The notes beneath the pieces are model-generated. The model did no database searches and had not been told where the DNA came from. It was given only the letters and a program-made list of their open reading frames with translations. Source: Bacteroidales bacterium (lineage in GTDB: Bacteria > Bacteroidota > Bacteroidia > Bacteroidales > Cfx3-03). Taken from it: a stretch of DNA of 50,061 bases. Location of the stretch: NCBI GenBank assembly GCA_023251485.1, contig JAHEYR010000003.1, positions 1-50,061 of the forward strand, written 5' to 3'. This document shows positions 49,478 to 50,061 of this stretch, one piece after another (position 1 is the stretch's first letter; every line of letters starts with the position of its first letter). The position numbers and the translations under genes are program-made.

Positions 49478-49723
49478 TTTAAATTATAGGTTTTTATACT
49501 TAATATCTGCTGATTTAAATTGCCGGCTCTTGGGGATCAAGACTACTCAGAGGATTTCCAGCACTTATTTGAACTTAAAACTTGAGATAGCAAACAATTA
49601 TTCAGACAGATTATAAACTACAAATAATAAGAAATGTTTACGAAATGAGGCTCACATTGAATGCTTCTCATTATTATGCATTATGCATAATAATAAACCC
49701 TACCTTTGCAAAAAATTTGGAAG

Positions 49724-50061
49724 ATGTATTTTAACCTAAAAGAGATTGTCAACACGACACTTATCTTATTCTCTATCATAGATATAACCGGAAATATTCC
49801 GATTGTCATTTCACTTCGCAATAAAGTTGGACATATACAATCGGAGAAAGCTACCCTTGTGGCTTTTATTATTATGTTGGGATTTTTGTTTTTGGGAGGC
49901 GCATTATTAAAATTAATTGGCATTGATCTGGCTTCTTTTGCTATTGCAGGTTCTATCATCATCTTCATCATGGCCTTCGAAATGATATTAGGTGTTCAAA
50001 TTATGAAAGATGTCGAACCTGAAACAGCATCCATCGTCCCCCTCGCATTTCCTCTGCTGGC
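49724..50061 (+). CDS. MarC family protein, 3'-truncated by the window edge (absent from the ORF track)
   Basis: MYFNLKEIVNTTLILFSIIDITGNIP...SFAIAGSIIIF...ASIVPLAFPLLA; TACCTTTG box at 49701-49708. Confidence 0.9.
   Translation, partial: MYFNLKEIVNTTLILFSIIDITGNIPIVISLRNKVGHIQSEKATLVAFIIMLGFLFLGGALLKLIGIDLASFAIAGSIIIFIMAFEMILGVQIMKDVEPETASIVPLAFPLL

Noticed and set aside
49681-49971. 96-aa minus-strand ORF
   Set aside because: It is the antisense shadow of the plus-strand MarC gene starting at 49724.
1-50061. tRNA, rRNA, transposase, integrase or prophage genes
   Set aside because: None recognised by eye; a tRNAscan-SE/Rfam/HMM run would be needed to exclude them formally.

Overview
AT-rich chromosomal window from a Bacteroidota bacterium, probably Bacteroidales-like. 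Support comes from repeated TAnnTTTG -7 promoter boxes, gldA/gldB, DUF2795, porin-family beta-barrels and a SAM-II-type riboswitch before metK. Most of the window is housekeeping or envelope genes: nadE, gldB, comM/yifB, a TolC-HlyD-ABC2 efflux cluster, secA, pyrH, frr, metK, gldA and S9/S41/S8 peptidases. There are two accessory-looking stretches, ~1.3-4.8 kb and ~19.4-26.8 kb. No rRNA, tRNA, CRISPR array, transposase or integrase was recognised. The most unusual structure is a palindromic array of 11-bp (about one helical turn) units. It occurs at 1611-1705, upstream of an uncharacterised 267-aa gene that also has 10-bp phased TGGCTTC boxes at its promoter, and again alone at 48639-48710. 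Other points: in-frame stops in transketolase (6270-6272) and in a GH51-like C-terminus (53-55); an A7 frameshift just after a probable start codon (20408-20414); a GTAG-type REP doublet; a MITE-like element with a nested hairpin; and a DUF1289 gene and a partial MarC gene missed by the ORF track. Family assignments come from motif recognition by eye, not from database searches.
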